NCBI GenBank assembly: GCA_036677555.1
Contig: JAVBWG010000011.1
Coordinates: 87,497 to 151,496, forward strand
Source: Methanomassiliicoccales archaeon
GTDB taxonomy: Archaea > Thermoplasmatota > Thermoplasmata > Methanomassiliicoccales > UBA472
Length of the DNA: 64,000 nt
Reading direction: 5' to 3'
In this document: positions 1-9,045 of the stretch, in pieces
Numbering within the stretch: position 1 is the stretch's first letter
Layout of the letters: each line of letters starts with the position of its first letter
Made by a program: the position numbers and the translations under genes
The notes under the pieces: generated by a model
Told to the model about the DNA's origin: nothing
Seen by the model: the letters and a program-made list of their open reading frames with translations, nothing else
The model's database searches: none

Positions 1-241
1 AATCGTTCGTGCCTAGGAATTTTTGAAGTCTCTGTCCACGAAGATCCAACTGAATGGCGCCCAAATTGCCATCGAGGGTGCCTCTGAAACCGAGATATTG
101 CTTTGCACCGAATTCAACCGCCGAAAATGGCCGCGTCGGTGTCTCAAAGCTTGGCTTTGACCTTAGGCGTACAGAGAGAGTTCGACCCCCCAACCCTGAG
201 ATTGTCTCATCCACACTGCCGACCTTGACCGAAGTAATCAC
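1..241 (-). CDS. N-terminal part of an unknown protein that runs off the window edge (not in the ORF track)
   Basis: GTG at 241-239 overlaps the TGA of the upstream gene (GTGA). The frame is open for 80 codons to position 2: MITSVKVGSVDETISGLGGRTLSVRLRSKPSFETPTRPF... Confidence 0.65.
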   Translation of the reverse strand, partial: MITSVKVGSVDETISGLGGRTLSVRLRSKPSFETPTRPFSAVEFGAKQYLGFRGTLDGNLGAIQLDLRGQRLQKFLGTND

Positions 242-918
242 TGTTCTTCCACCCTGATTTCATCGGTTTTAGTACGGCTGGTAACTCTTCTTCCGTGTAG
301 AACGCGTTCGAAAACCACGGATTCTTTGGCATAATCTGGGTAGTTTTTATAGACGTATTTCATCAACCCTTTCGCGCCAAGCTGGTGCCAATCCAGTCTT
401 GCCTTTTGATATTCATGTTTTTGAACCTGACTAAGTTTATTGAAAGAGCTAGCAGCTAAATCGACACCTTCTTTAGTTAATTCGAAATATTCCCCAGATG
501 CCCCCTTCCTGCCCTCAGCGATGATTGCTCCAGCGTCTTCAAAACCAATAATCACATCCTCGATTCTCTCAGAATACGGACCGAACTTATAGGCTTTGAA
601 ACCAGGGTTTTCTGTAGGAATATTATGATCTGGAGCAAACTCGATGAATGTTAGGAACAACATCTTCTCGAAACAGGTTATTCCTACGACAGGCATCGGC
701 TGGGCATACATCAACGCTAAAACCCAATCATGGACGAACATGAACTGATGTTTCTCTGAGTAATCCCATAGCTTTTGAAGCTCACGCATTGGATAGATCA
801 CATATCCACAGACCTTGCATTGCAAGTAGTTGTACTCTATGCCATCTACCTTGCGATCAACACGCTCGTAATCGTGTTCGGCATGCTCGATCTTGTGTTT
901 TCTGGATTGCGCACTCAT
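238..918 (-). CDS. Putative antitoxin: YgiT/MqsA-like Zn-ribbon remnant + Panacea/SocA (DUF4065/YwgA-like) domain
   Basis: N-terminal CKVCG. Motifs 'GITCFEKMLFL' and 'FKAYKFGPYSERIED', followed by a wHTH-like 'YFELTKEG'. Confidence 0.6.
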   Translation of the reverse strand: MSAQSRKHKIEHAEHDYERVDRKVDGIEYNYLQCKVCGYVIYPMRELQKLWDYSEKHQFMFVHDWVLALMYAQPMPVVGITCFEKMLFLTFIEFAPDHNIPTENPGFKAYKFGPYSERIEDVIIGFEDAGAIIAEGRKGASGEYFELTKEGVDLAASSFNKLSQVQKHEYQKARLDWHQLGAKGLMKYVYKNYPDYAKESVVFERVLHGRRVTSRTKTDEIRVEEQ

Positions 919-1238
919 GTGATTGGTTCCAAGTGTGTTATCCTTAGGACACTTGCTCCATTTACATTATCTCTGTCTAACAATATACTAAAAATCTTCC
1001 TATCGCGTCTAGAGCAGACTTGCATTGTTGTTTTTCGGAAAGGTTTTCCTCCTGTTTTACCCTTCTTTTTTTTAGGACATTCTATTGTATCTTTCAACAT
1101 TCCGCAAACGGTTTCCGGGGACATTCTGAACTTAAATAAGTGAGCGGTCCCGGAATCACTCATATAGACTGGGAGAACCACCTTTTGATATTCGTAATCG
1201 CAAAATGGGTCATTACGACCCGTTAAATCCCCCACCAT
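915..1238 (-). CDS. Small basic protein, putative DUF4258/RelE-like RNase toxin
   Basis: 107 aa and Lys/Arg-rich. ATGA overlap with the downstream Zn-ribbon antitoxin-like gene. C-terminal beta strands ending 'VLRITH'. Confidence 0.45.
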   Translation of the reverse strand: MVGDLTGRNDPFCDYEYQKVVLPVYMSDSGTAHLFKFRMSPETVCGMLKDTIECPKKKKGKTGGKPFRKTTMQVCSRRDRKIFSILLDRDNVNGASVLRITHLEPIT

Positions 1239-1395
1239 GATGAATATTGAAATAAATTATTCCTAAATTAAACTATGCATCATTATAAAAAAAGGACCAT
1301 TACGATCTTATTGATAATTCTGAGTCTCTTAGAAATATCACAGCGGTAGTCGCATTTTTTAGCTCTAAATGAAGATATCCTCATAGGTAACAATT

Positions 1396-2949
1396 TCAGG
1401 ACTCACCCGGCCCAGAGATCTCTCGAACATGCTTCTCGACTAGCTCAGGAGCATCGATATCATTCCCCATCGAAGCATTTAGCTCCTTGAGTCTGCGGGT
1501 GGTTACAAGAATCCTTCGTTCGTATGAGCCAACGGCTTTGTTATACGAATCGACTGCCTTTCCAAGACCCTTTCCGATGTCTGTAAGATTCTCGGATAGG
1601 GTACTAATGCGCTGATATATTTCCATAGCAAGCTCGTTGATGTGCTTAGCATTTTCTTCTATTGCCTCTTGGGTCCACCCCTGAGCGACCACCTTTAAAA
1701 GGGCAATGAGCGTGATGGGAGTCGCCAGGACAACCCCGTTTTTAAAACCATACTCTATTAATTCTGGGTCCCGCTCAAGTGCGGCGCTGAAGAAGACCTC
1801 ACCAGGAATGAAAAGTACAACGAATTCGGGAGTTTCTTCGAGTTGCTGCCAATACGCCTTGGCTCCGAGTTGGCCAATGTGGCTACGGATGGCGGAAGCG
1901 TGATTATCCAGCTTCTTGAGCCTTTCCCCATCATCTTGCGCTTCCAATGCTTCCAGGTAAGCGCTCATGGGAGTCTTAGAGTCGACCACGATGCTACGTT
2001 TCTCAGGCAGATTGATGATCATGTCAGGGCGAAGATTTCCGTCTTCAGTAGCATATGTCTCCTGCTCCGAAAAATCGCAGTGGCAACTCATCCCAGAGAG
2101 CTCTACGACGCGGTGAAGTGTAATTTCGCCCCAACGCCCCCGGACGGTCGGATTCCTAAGCGCCTTGACTAGGTTTCCCGTCTCAAGCTGGAGCTTAGCC
2201 TGGGCACCGTTGAGAGAACTAATTTGCTCAGTCAGCTTCGAATAGGATTCTACCCTAGCAACCTCAATATTTCGCATCTCAGTGCTGACTTTCTCCAGCG
2301 ATTCTTTTATAGGCTTTACCAATTCATCAATGGATTTCTGTCTAAGTTCGAGGTCCCCCTTAGCCTTCTCCTGAAACTTTTCCAGTATTTCATTAGCAAG
2401 CTGGAGGAACGCCTGATTATTGGTATTCAGCGCGTCTGCGGACAACGCCTTGAAGCTTTCGATTAACTTCTCTCGACTCTCACTAAGCAGAACGATCTTC
2501 TCCTCCGCCTTCTTCGCTTCCTCGTTGCTCCGGGCACTTAGCTCAGATAACTGGGATAACAACCCTGTATTCTTGTCCATAAGTTCTGAAATTCTAGTGT
2601 CCTTTTCAGCGATTGTCTTCTCAAGCTGGGGTAAGCGTGTGTTGCGTTCCTCTGCTGCCGATCTCTTGTCCCCCTCCTCGCTCAGTTGCGTCTGGAGGTG
2701 ATTCCCCTCTTTTTTTAATTCCTCTAGTGCAGTGGATAAGTTATTGATCGATTGATCTCTTGCTTTCAGCCCTTCAACTAGCGTGGCCTTCTCTGCCGCT
2801 ACCTCTGCTTGCGCCCTTTCTTCCATTCCTTCCCGCTTTGACTTTGTTATGTAAAACACGAATGCTGCGCCTGTGATCAATCCTATGATGAATAAAACGA
2901 TTGCCAGAATGTCCTCCAATATCCCACCGGGAGGGTAATACGTTATCAC
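1396..2949 (-). CDS. rmuC: DNA recombination protein RmuC
   Basis: N-terminal TM and long coiled coil, then RmuC motifs 'RGRWGEITL', 'RPDMIINLP..IVVDSKTP', 'PEFVVLFIPGE', 'ATPITLIALLK'. Confidence 0.92.
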   Translation of the reverse strand: MITYYPPGGILEDILAIVLFIIGLITGAAFVFYITKSKREGMEERAQAEVAAEKATLVEGLKARDQSINNLSTALEELKKEGNHLQTQLSEEGDKRSAAEERNTRLPQLEKTIAEKDTRISELMDKNTGLLSQLSELSARSNEEAKKAEEKIVLLSESREKLIESFKALSADALNTNNQAFLQLANEILEKFQEKAKGDLELRQKSIDELVKPIKESLEKVSTEMRNIEVARVESYSKLTEQISSLNGAQAKLQLETGNLVKALRNPTVRGRWGEITLHRVVELSGMSCHCDFSEQETYATEDGNLRPDMIINLPEKRSIVVDSKTPMSAYLEALEAQDDGERLKKLDNHASAIRSHIGQLGAKAYWQQLEETPEFVVLFIPGEVFFSAALERDPELIEYGFKNGVVLATPITLIALLKVVAQGWTQEAIEENAKHINELAMEIYQRISTLSENLTDIGKGLGKAVDSYNKAVGSYERRILVTTRRLKELNASMGNDIDAPELVEKHVREISGPGES

Positions 2950-3003
2950 ATGATAAATAATTATGATTAAATGATATTATAGCTGTTTACGTAAGGGGAT
3001 AAA

Positions 3004-4605
3004 TTGGGATTGCTAAATTCGTTAAAGAAGGCGTTAAACCCCCAGAAGAGGGAAGAACGAAATAATGATGTACCCAGAATGGAACCGAATCATGAGATAA
3101 ACGGCAACAACACGGTCCCATATGGACCATCTATGCATATTCCCATCCCAGGTAACTTAGAAGATAATTCATTAACGAATTCTCTTACTTCATACCGCAC
3201 CGTGCACGGCATCCCCAAAGAAATCATCGATCTAATGTGGTTTAGAGATGGACCGATAAAGAATATTGATCGCGAGCCTCGATTTGTTCACAGGACCGAT
3301 CTATTCACAATCGAGGTTTCCTTTCTTGGTTCTATTGAACCCAGCGCCATAGGGATCGCTGATACAATCCATCCCCCGATGGATGGAATGGTGGTCGAGA
3401 GACCTCCCTATTACCCGACATACGAAAGAATGACCCCGGAACAAAGATGGGTGTATCTCAGTTGGTTGATCGATGTGGACGAGGAAGTCAACATTGGATA
3501 TGTCTTCGTTTTCTATTACGGCCTGGAGCGCCATCTTTTCCTCGGCCATTATGAAGCAGCGTTCGATATGATTCTGCGCCTCCGACGTGTGCACCGTAAT
3601 AGCTCTTTCCTCAGCTTTTCATCGAACGCATTAATCGCGACGTGTATCATCCATAACCGGCCAGACCTGTTCGTTCGATTCCTGCAGAGTCTTGTGGAAG
3701 TCACTGATGAAGATGTGAACACCATGTACCTCTTGGCGAAACGCTCATTGGGACTGGAGCTAGAACCAAAGGAGATAATGTTACTGGCTCGAGAAGTAGG
3801 GTTCACAAATAAACGGTATCTAGAAGGAGAAAGCGCACTTTTTGAGAACGAACTTAAGAGACGAATGGTGCAGGTACTGGGAAGAGAGACGATAGACCTG
3901 AGACCTTTGGCATTGAACGATACCCCGACCCACCCAGTGATGTTCTCAGCTAATTTTTCATTACCTGATAAACAACGTGTAGTCCATATCCCCGATCTGA
4001 GTCAGAATATGGCGTTTCGTGCATTGGTGTATCGGCTCCTCTTGGACACCCATGATGTTGTTAAGGAAAGAGTGAAGGAATCGAGAAAGGCTGAAAAATC
4101 TAGTGATATACAAATGGACAATGAGTCTGAATTGCCGATTCCATGTCCGTACTGTAACAACCCAACCAAACCTCCCAAGACTAAGAGGGTTTGCCCATCA
4201 TGCAAAAAGATCATTGTTGCTCGGACTGATCCCGATTCAAAAAAGAGGGTTTTCGTTACCGAAGAAGGAGCTGCAAGATTAGATGCTAGAAAGAAGGACC
4301 TGCAAGTCATCAGGTTTGCCGTCAAGTGTATGTGGCCTTTTGGGATGACAGCTGAGCAGTTGGAAGGTATGACCGGGGAGATGCGGGATAAAGCTCCTTG
4401 CACCGTTAACGATGCAGTTTGGAAAATTGTCAATACGAGTATGCAGAAATGGGAAGCAGAAGGTACGATACCGTCTCAATATTGTTATTTAGCAATGGCT
4501 AACTTTTTAGAGTTTGAAGGAAAGGATAAGAGCGAGATGATGGCGAAATATCAGGAAGAGGATAAGAAGGAGTTGGAGAAAAGGTATAGAAATTTTAACA
4601 CATAG
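3004..4605 (+). CDS. TerB N-terminal (TerB-N) domain protein with a C-terminal zinc ribbon
   Basis: 'YYPTYERMTPEQRWVYLSWL...IGYVFVFYYGLERHL' is the TerB-N signature. CPYC-x12-CPSC Zn ribbon. Confidence 0.8.
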   Translation: MGLLNSLKKALNPQKREERNNDVPRMEPNHEINGNNTVPYGPSMHIPIPGNLEDNSLTNSLTSYRTVHGIPKEIIDLMWFRDGPIKNIDREPRFVHRTDLFTIEVSFLGSIEPSAIGIADTIHPPMDGMVVERPPYYPTYERMTPEQRWVYLSWLIDVDEEVNIGYVFVFYYGLERHLFLGHYEAAFDMILRLRRVHRNSSFLSFSSNALIATCIIHNRPDLFVRFLQSLVEVTDEDVNTMYLLAKRSLGLELEPKEIMLLAREVGFTNKRYLEGESALFENELKRRMVQVLGRETIDLRPLALNDTPTHPVMFSANFSLPDKQRVVHIPDLSQNMAFRALVYRLLLDTHDVVKERVKESRKAEKSSDIQMDNESELPIPCPYCNNPTKPPKTKRVCPSCKKIIVARTDPDSKKRVFVTEEGAARLDARKKDLQVIRFAVKCMWPFGMTAEQLEGMTGEMRDKAPCTVNDAVWKIVNTSMQKWEAEGTIPSQYCYLAMANFLEFEGKDKSEMMAKYQEEDKKELEKRYRNFNT

Positions 4606-4899
4606 CTGATGAATAATAGGTGCTCGGGCGGAACTGATTAGTGAGTCATTTTGAGTGTCTTTCATTTACTGTGAATCACTATCGTTTTTTAGCGTAAATC
4701 CATTCTATTGGTTCAGTAATCTCTCTGACTTGCATTTAGTGTGATCATCGCTCGTTATAAATATTAAAACACTGGCCTTTCATTTATTCAGTGATTTATG
4801 ACTGAAGATTCGCATATAAATTATATATGGAAATGAGTGAGAAAACATCGCTAAGAGGTTTATATCAATATCAATATATGATGGAAATTGGTGGGAAGT

Positions 4900-5652
4900 A
4901 TGACAACTCAGCAATACCTGGAACAGGTGCTTGCCAAGTATAATCTCAGCAGCGCTCAGGAACAATCATTAAAGAATAAACGAATGCGCGTTGAAGAATT
5001 TCTTCAGAAGAGATATCCGTCCAAGATCAGGAGCTTTTACTACTCGGGGTCCTATGCCAAGGATACGGCAATCAATCTGAAGTACGATCTAGACCTCTGC
5101 ATTTACTTCAAGCATAATGCCTTCCAGACCCTGGCTGAGATGTATAACTCGGTTTATGAGAACCTTAAGTGTATGGATCAAGTGAATAAACAGCGGGTCT
5201 CCATCCGCATGCCCTCGGGGAAGGAGTCCATAGACGTGGTCCCGGCAAGGTGTATTGACGATACTTCTGACTACGCCAATCTCTATGTGACAACTGGCAG
5301 TCAAATCCAGACCAATATCAAGAAGCACAAGGAGTACATTAGTCAAAGCGGTTGTCGTCCGATAATTAAACTGATGAAAGTATGGAAAATTGAACACGGC
5401 ATACATTACAAGTCGTTTGCCCTAGAGTTACTGACCATTCGAGCCTTGGATGGCTTTAAGGACCCTGATTATGGAGAGCGGTTCGTCCATGTTCTTAAGT
5501 TTATAAGGGACAATGTTGAAAATGTCCGCCTTATTGATCCGGCGAACCAAAGCAATAATGTGGCAGACCTCATCAGTGTCAATGACAAGCTAAATATGAA
5601 AAATCAGGCAGCGGCCTCCCTGCAACAGACGTGGGAGCAAGTAATCTCATGA
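4900..5652 (+). CDS. cGAS/DncV-like nucleotidyltransferase (CD-NTase, SMODS), CBASS cyclase
   Basis: 'SGSYAKDTAI...DLDL' pol-beta NTase motif, third Asp in 'IDVVPA', 'IKLMKVWK', 'KSFALELL' and 'DPAN..NNV'. Coupled to NucC. Start is ATG 4900 (alternative TTG 4888). Confidence 0.9.
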   Translation: MTTQQYLEQVLAKYNLSSAQEQSLKNKRMRVEEFLQKRYPSKIRSFYYSGSYAKDTAINLKYDLDLCIYFKHNAFQTLAEMYNSVYENLKCMDQVNKQRVSIRMPSGKESIDVVPARCIDDTSDYANLYVTTGSQIQTNIKKHKEYISQSGCRPIIKLMKVWKIEHGIHYKSFALELLTIRALDGFKDPDYGERFVHVLKFIRDNVENVRLIDPANQSNNVADLISVNDKLNMKNQAAASLQQTWEQVIS

Positions 5653-6392
5653 GGTCAATGGCCCGCGAGCAAGACCCTCGGAAACTTTTCGCAGGATTGC
5701 AGGAGGAGATGCGTTCCACACTTGCCGCGGGAAAAACGATAGATCATCCGGGAGCCAAGGGAAATGACTCGGAGATGAAATGGGTTGAATGGTTGCAGCA
5801 ATATCTACCCAAGCGATACAGTGCCAGCAAAGCGTTCGTTCTCGACTCACAAGGGGGTTTGAGCCATGAGATCGACATAGTGATTTACGATCGCCAATAC
5901 TCACCCTTCTTATTCTTCCAGAAGGGGGCGTGCTATGTTCCTGCCGAGAGCGTGTACGCAGTTTTGGAGATCAAACAGGAGCTGAACCGGCGCCACATCA
6001 ATTATGCGAAACAGAAGGTAAAGTCAGTAAGGTCGCTGCATCGGACCAGCGCCGATATCGTCCACGCGGGCGGCCGCCTTGACCCCAGGCCACCGATACC
6101 GATACTCTCTGGGATACTGACTTATGAGAGCGGGTGGGCCGATCCCATAGGGGTAGACCTAAAGAGATCGCTGAAGTGTCCGGACGAGCTGGAACGCATA
6201 GATATGGGGTGTTCCATATGTAATGGGTCATTCGAGGCGGCCTATGATACTGCTGGTAATGCTACCTTAACTATTGCGGAGCGGGAGAGCGGGCTAATAA
6301 TATTCTTCCTTAGAATGCTATCAAGACTTCAAAAGGTAGGAACGGTCCCAGCAATGGACATAGACCAATACCTTAGGATGATCAAACCATAA
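5649..6392 (+). CDS. nucC: NucC-family cyclic-oligonucleotide-activated endonuclease (CBASS effector)
   Basis: 'HPGAKGNDSE..W...L..YLPKRY', 'IDIVIYDRQYSPFLF', 'PAESVYAVLEIKQEL', 'LQKVGTVPAMD'. ATG 5649 overlaps the cyclase stop (ATGA). Confidence 0.92.
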   Translation: MRSMAREQDPRKLFAGLQEEMRSTLAAGKTIDHPGAKGNDSEMKWVEWLQQYLPKRYSASKAFVLDSQGGLSHEIDIVIYDRQYSPFLFFQKGACYVPAESVYAVLEIKQELNRRHINYAKQKVKSVRSLHRTSADIVHAGGRLDPRPPIPILSGILTYESGWADPIGVDLKRSLKCPDELERIDMGCSICNGSFEAAYDTAGNATLTIAERESGLIIFFLRMLSRLQKVGTVPAMDIDQYLRMIKP

Positions 6393-6597
6393 TGAGGCTT
6401 CCGAGTCACATCCTTCAGAAAGTCGAGTGGGTGTTTAAAACCTGCCGTGGAGGGAGAGATACCAATAAGATATTAAAAAAATTGAATTGATTAGCTTCAA
6501 ATGCCACTTCACTGATTTTTTCTTAATCAATGAATCGAACTTGAGTTATTATAAAAATTGCGATATCATTATTATCAGGTCTGAATAATCAAGTTTA

Positions 6598-6966
6598 ATG
6601 CATATGTCCCAAGAAACCGCCAATGCCTTCTTCAGTTCAATTTCGATAATTGAAGGTGTTTTTTTCGCATTCTTGGTTTCATTTATTATGTATAATATTC
6701 AAGAAATGAAAAGTTATAACGAATGTATAATAACAAAAATTGGTTTAAATTTACTACATTTTATTGTATTTGCCGCAATCCTATATGCACAGATGATCCT
6801 CTTCTTATGGTCATTACTGGAAGTTGAATCATCCGGATTCGAATTCGATTACTCCACATCAATAATGTACGTATCCATTATTATATCAATGGTCGTATTA
6901 ATAATAGTAATGATTAGAGATTATAACAAGCATAGGAGGTGGAAAAATCGATACGGCTCAAGCTAA
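6598..6966 (+). CDS. Small multi-TM membrane protein
   Basis: About 3 hydrophobic segments; very AT-rich. Confidence 0.65.
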   Translation: MHMSQETANAFFSSISIIEGVFFAFLVSFIMYNIQEMKSYNECIITKIGLNLLHFIVFAAILYAQMILFLWSLLEVESSGFEFDYSTSIMYVSIIISMVVLIIVMIRDYNKHRRWKNRYGSS

Positions 6967-7378
6967 TGTCTTTTTTTCAACACTCGCTCAATTGTCTGGA
7001 ACGCTCTCAATAATCTTTTTTACTATATGGACATACTTTTATGACAAAGAAAAATATGTTGTTGGATATAAATTAATTATTACGAAAAGAATGAAAAAAT
7101 GGTTATTGATGTTATTTTTCATTCAGCTTATTATCTGTGTCACTTCTTTGATTTCAATTCTCTTTCAGCAATCGATTGGTGATTATTCGGAAATAATCGG
7201 AAAAATTCTACTATTCGCATCTTTTGCTGTAATCATATCTATTTTATTACTTGCAACATATAATTTGGATGAATCAAATTCAATTGATTCACTAGCATCT
7301 GCTCAAAATAATTATGTTCTAAGCATGGTAGAATCTGTGGAGGGACAGCTTGAAGAGATACGGAAAAATATGAAATGA
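6947..7378 (+). CDS. Small multi-TM membrane protein, probable paralog of the preceding gene (start uncertain: ATC 6947 or TTG 6992)
   Basis: The frame is open from 6914. 'DTAQANVFFSTLAQLSG' resembles 'SQETANAFFSSISIIEG' of the upstream gene. RBS AGGAGGT at 6934-6940. Confidence 0.6.
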   Translation: MDTAQANVFFSTLAQLSGTLSIIFFTIWTYFYDKEKYVVGYKLIITKRMKKWLLMLFFIQLIICVTSLISILFQQSIGDYSEIIGKILLFASFAVIISILLLATYNLDESNSIDSLASAQNNYVLSMVESVEGQLEEIRKNMK

Positions 7379-7500
7379 TACCAATTTTATCGAACATTTG
7401 GAATTCCATTAATATTCTCCGCGTAGAGAGCGTTTGAGATGCCATCAGACGTTCGATAAATGACTATGATAAGATAAATGATAAACGACAGAATCCCTTA

Positions 7501-8070
7501 ATGACAAATCGTGGGAGAATGAAGGATCATATCGATAATAATAGGTCGAAGCGGCCATTCGTCGAAGAAAGTCCCTCCATCGAACAACTATCCGAATTAA
7601 TTACTAAATACGGGAAACCTCGACCCCATCTGCGTACTTGGGACCTTTCGCATCTGGACGAGCCATTCTCCCCTCCTTCTTGCTCGGGGGAGGTCGTTCT
7701 GATCATTCGAACCGATGAGTCGAAGATAGTTTACGTTTCACGGCGCGGCCATCCGAAGGACTGGTTCTTACCTATGGGCAGGATACAGGTAGGCGAATCG
7801 GTAGAAATAGCAGCAATTCGGGAGACGTATGAGGAGACTGGTCTATCGATAGATGTCCTAGGGATCCCATTGTTGTATAAGGTGGATATCAGGTTTAAGG
7901 ATTGGACTCTTAGAAGATGGCATTTCATTGTTGCTGGAAAACCACATAGTAGTAGTCTTCAACCAATCGACAAAGAGGAGATAGAGAAAGCATTCTTCTT
8001 TCAGAACCGACCTCATAATAGCGATCCTTTCTTGAGGAGATGGTTGGTTGATATTCTTAACTGTGTATAA
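7501..8070 (+). CDS. Nudix hydrolase
   Basis: Nudix box G-x5-E-x7-RE-xx-EE-x-G-L ('GRIQVGESVEIAAIRETYEETGL'). Confidence 0.9.
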   Translation: MTNRGRMKDHIDNNRSKRPFVEESPSIEQLSELITKYGKPRPHLRTWDLSHLDEPFSPPSCSGEVVLIIRTDESKIVYVSRRGHPKDWFLPMGRIQVGESVEIAAIRETYEETGLSIDVLGIPLLYKVDIRFKDWTLRRWHFIVAGKPHSSSLQPIDKEEIEKAFFFQNRPHNSDPFLRRWLVDILNCV

Positions 8071-8313
8071 AGAAAATAGACGTTAGACGATTTGAGGTTG
8101 GCCAAGTCCGGAGAGACCATATTCATCACGAGATGGAGAGAATTTCTAAAAAAAAGTAAGTAGAGTATAGTCGAGATGATGAAAAAATGATAAATATCAA
8201 TTTATTTACCGAATTCGCTCATATGAGTGTTGAATGTTCTTTATTGAAATTGATCGTCATCTCACTCATTAATCGTGCTTCTCCCATTCTATGACAATAA
8301 AATTGACTAAAAC

Positions 8314-9036
8314 TTAGGCTTTCTGAACCTTAACAATACCAATCTCGTCCTTCAATTGCTCTTCAAGGATTAATATGATCATTGGCATCTCAATCCCCAG
8401 TTGTTTCTCGATGACGATGAAATTTAAAGTTGATTCATGAGCCTTCTTTGAACAAGCGAACAATTGGCCGACGATCTTCAGATCTCTGCTTCGATTTTCC
8501 TCACAGAGGGATGGGACGTTTTTCCTCAGCAGTTCATCAATCACCAAACGCAGACCTTCCTCCTCTTTTGTAAGGTCTGCAATAAGAATATCATCCATTT
8601 TTATAATTCCGAACGCGGCCTTATACCGCTCCTTAGACGACCTGAGGATATCATCATTGACCATTGCCAGAGATTGATATGGATGTGGAACATAGTACTT
8701 GACGAACTCTAAAAAGTCATCCATGCAATTGAAAAAACCTTCACTTCGGTATTTCGCCAATTTCCGTGCCCTGGTCATTACCTCAGAGATATCCTTCCAA
8801 TCAATCTCCTCTGGCAATTTATTCTTCTCTTTTGCTAATTCATTGAATACTTGTTGTACAAGGAATAATGCATATGCCGCTTTTTTCTGGACGACCTCAA
8901 ACGTTTCTAAGTGGACTTCAAATAAAATTTTTACCCGCGTATTCGGAATCTTATTGAGGGCTTCGTGCGCTCTCTTACTGTTGCGTTCGTTTAATATTCT
9001 CCCGAGAACGACCGTTGTATCGGGAGTATTATCCAT
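8314..9036 (-). CDS. Hypothetical protein, possible divergent PIN-domain nuclease with a helical insertion
   Basis: N-terminal 'PDTTVVLG' (PIN DT motif) and C-terminal 'RDLKIV...FIVIEKQL'. Confidence 0.5.
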   Translation of the reverse strand: MDNTPDTTVVLGRILNERNSKRAHEALNKIPNTRVKILFEVHLETFEVVQKKAAYALFLVQQVFNELAKEKNKLPEEIDWKDISEVMTRARKLAKYRSEGFFNCMDDFLEFVKYYVPHPYQSLAMVNDDILRSSKERYKAAFGIIKMDDILIADLTKEEEGLRLVIDELLRKNVPSLCEENRSRDLKIVGQLFACSKKAHESTLNFIVIEKQLGIEMPMIILILEEQLKDEIGIVKVQKA

Positions 9037-9045
9037 TATTAGCCC

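Noticed and set aside
4606..4899. Recurring GTGA/TCA words upstream of the CD-NTase as operator repeats
   Set aside because: Too short and irregular to distinguish from chance.
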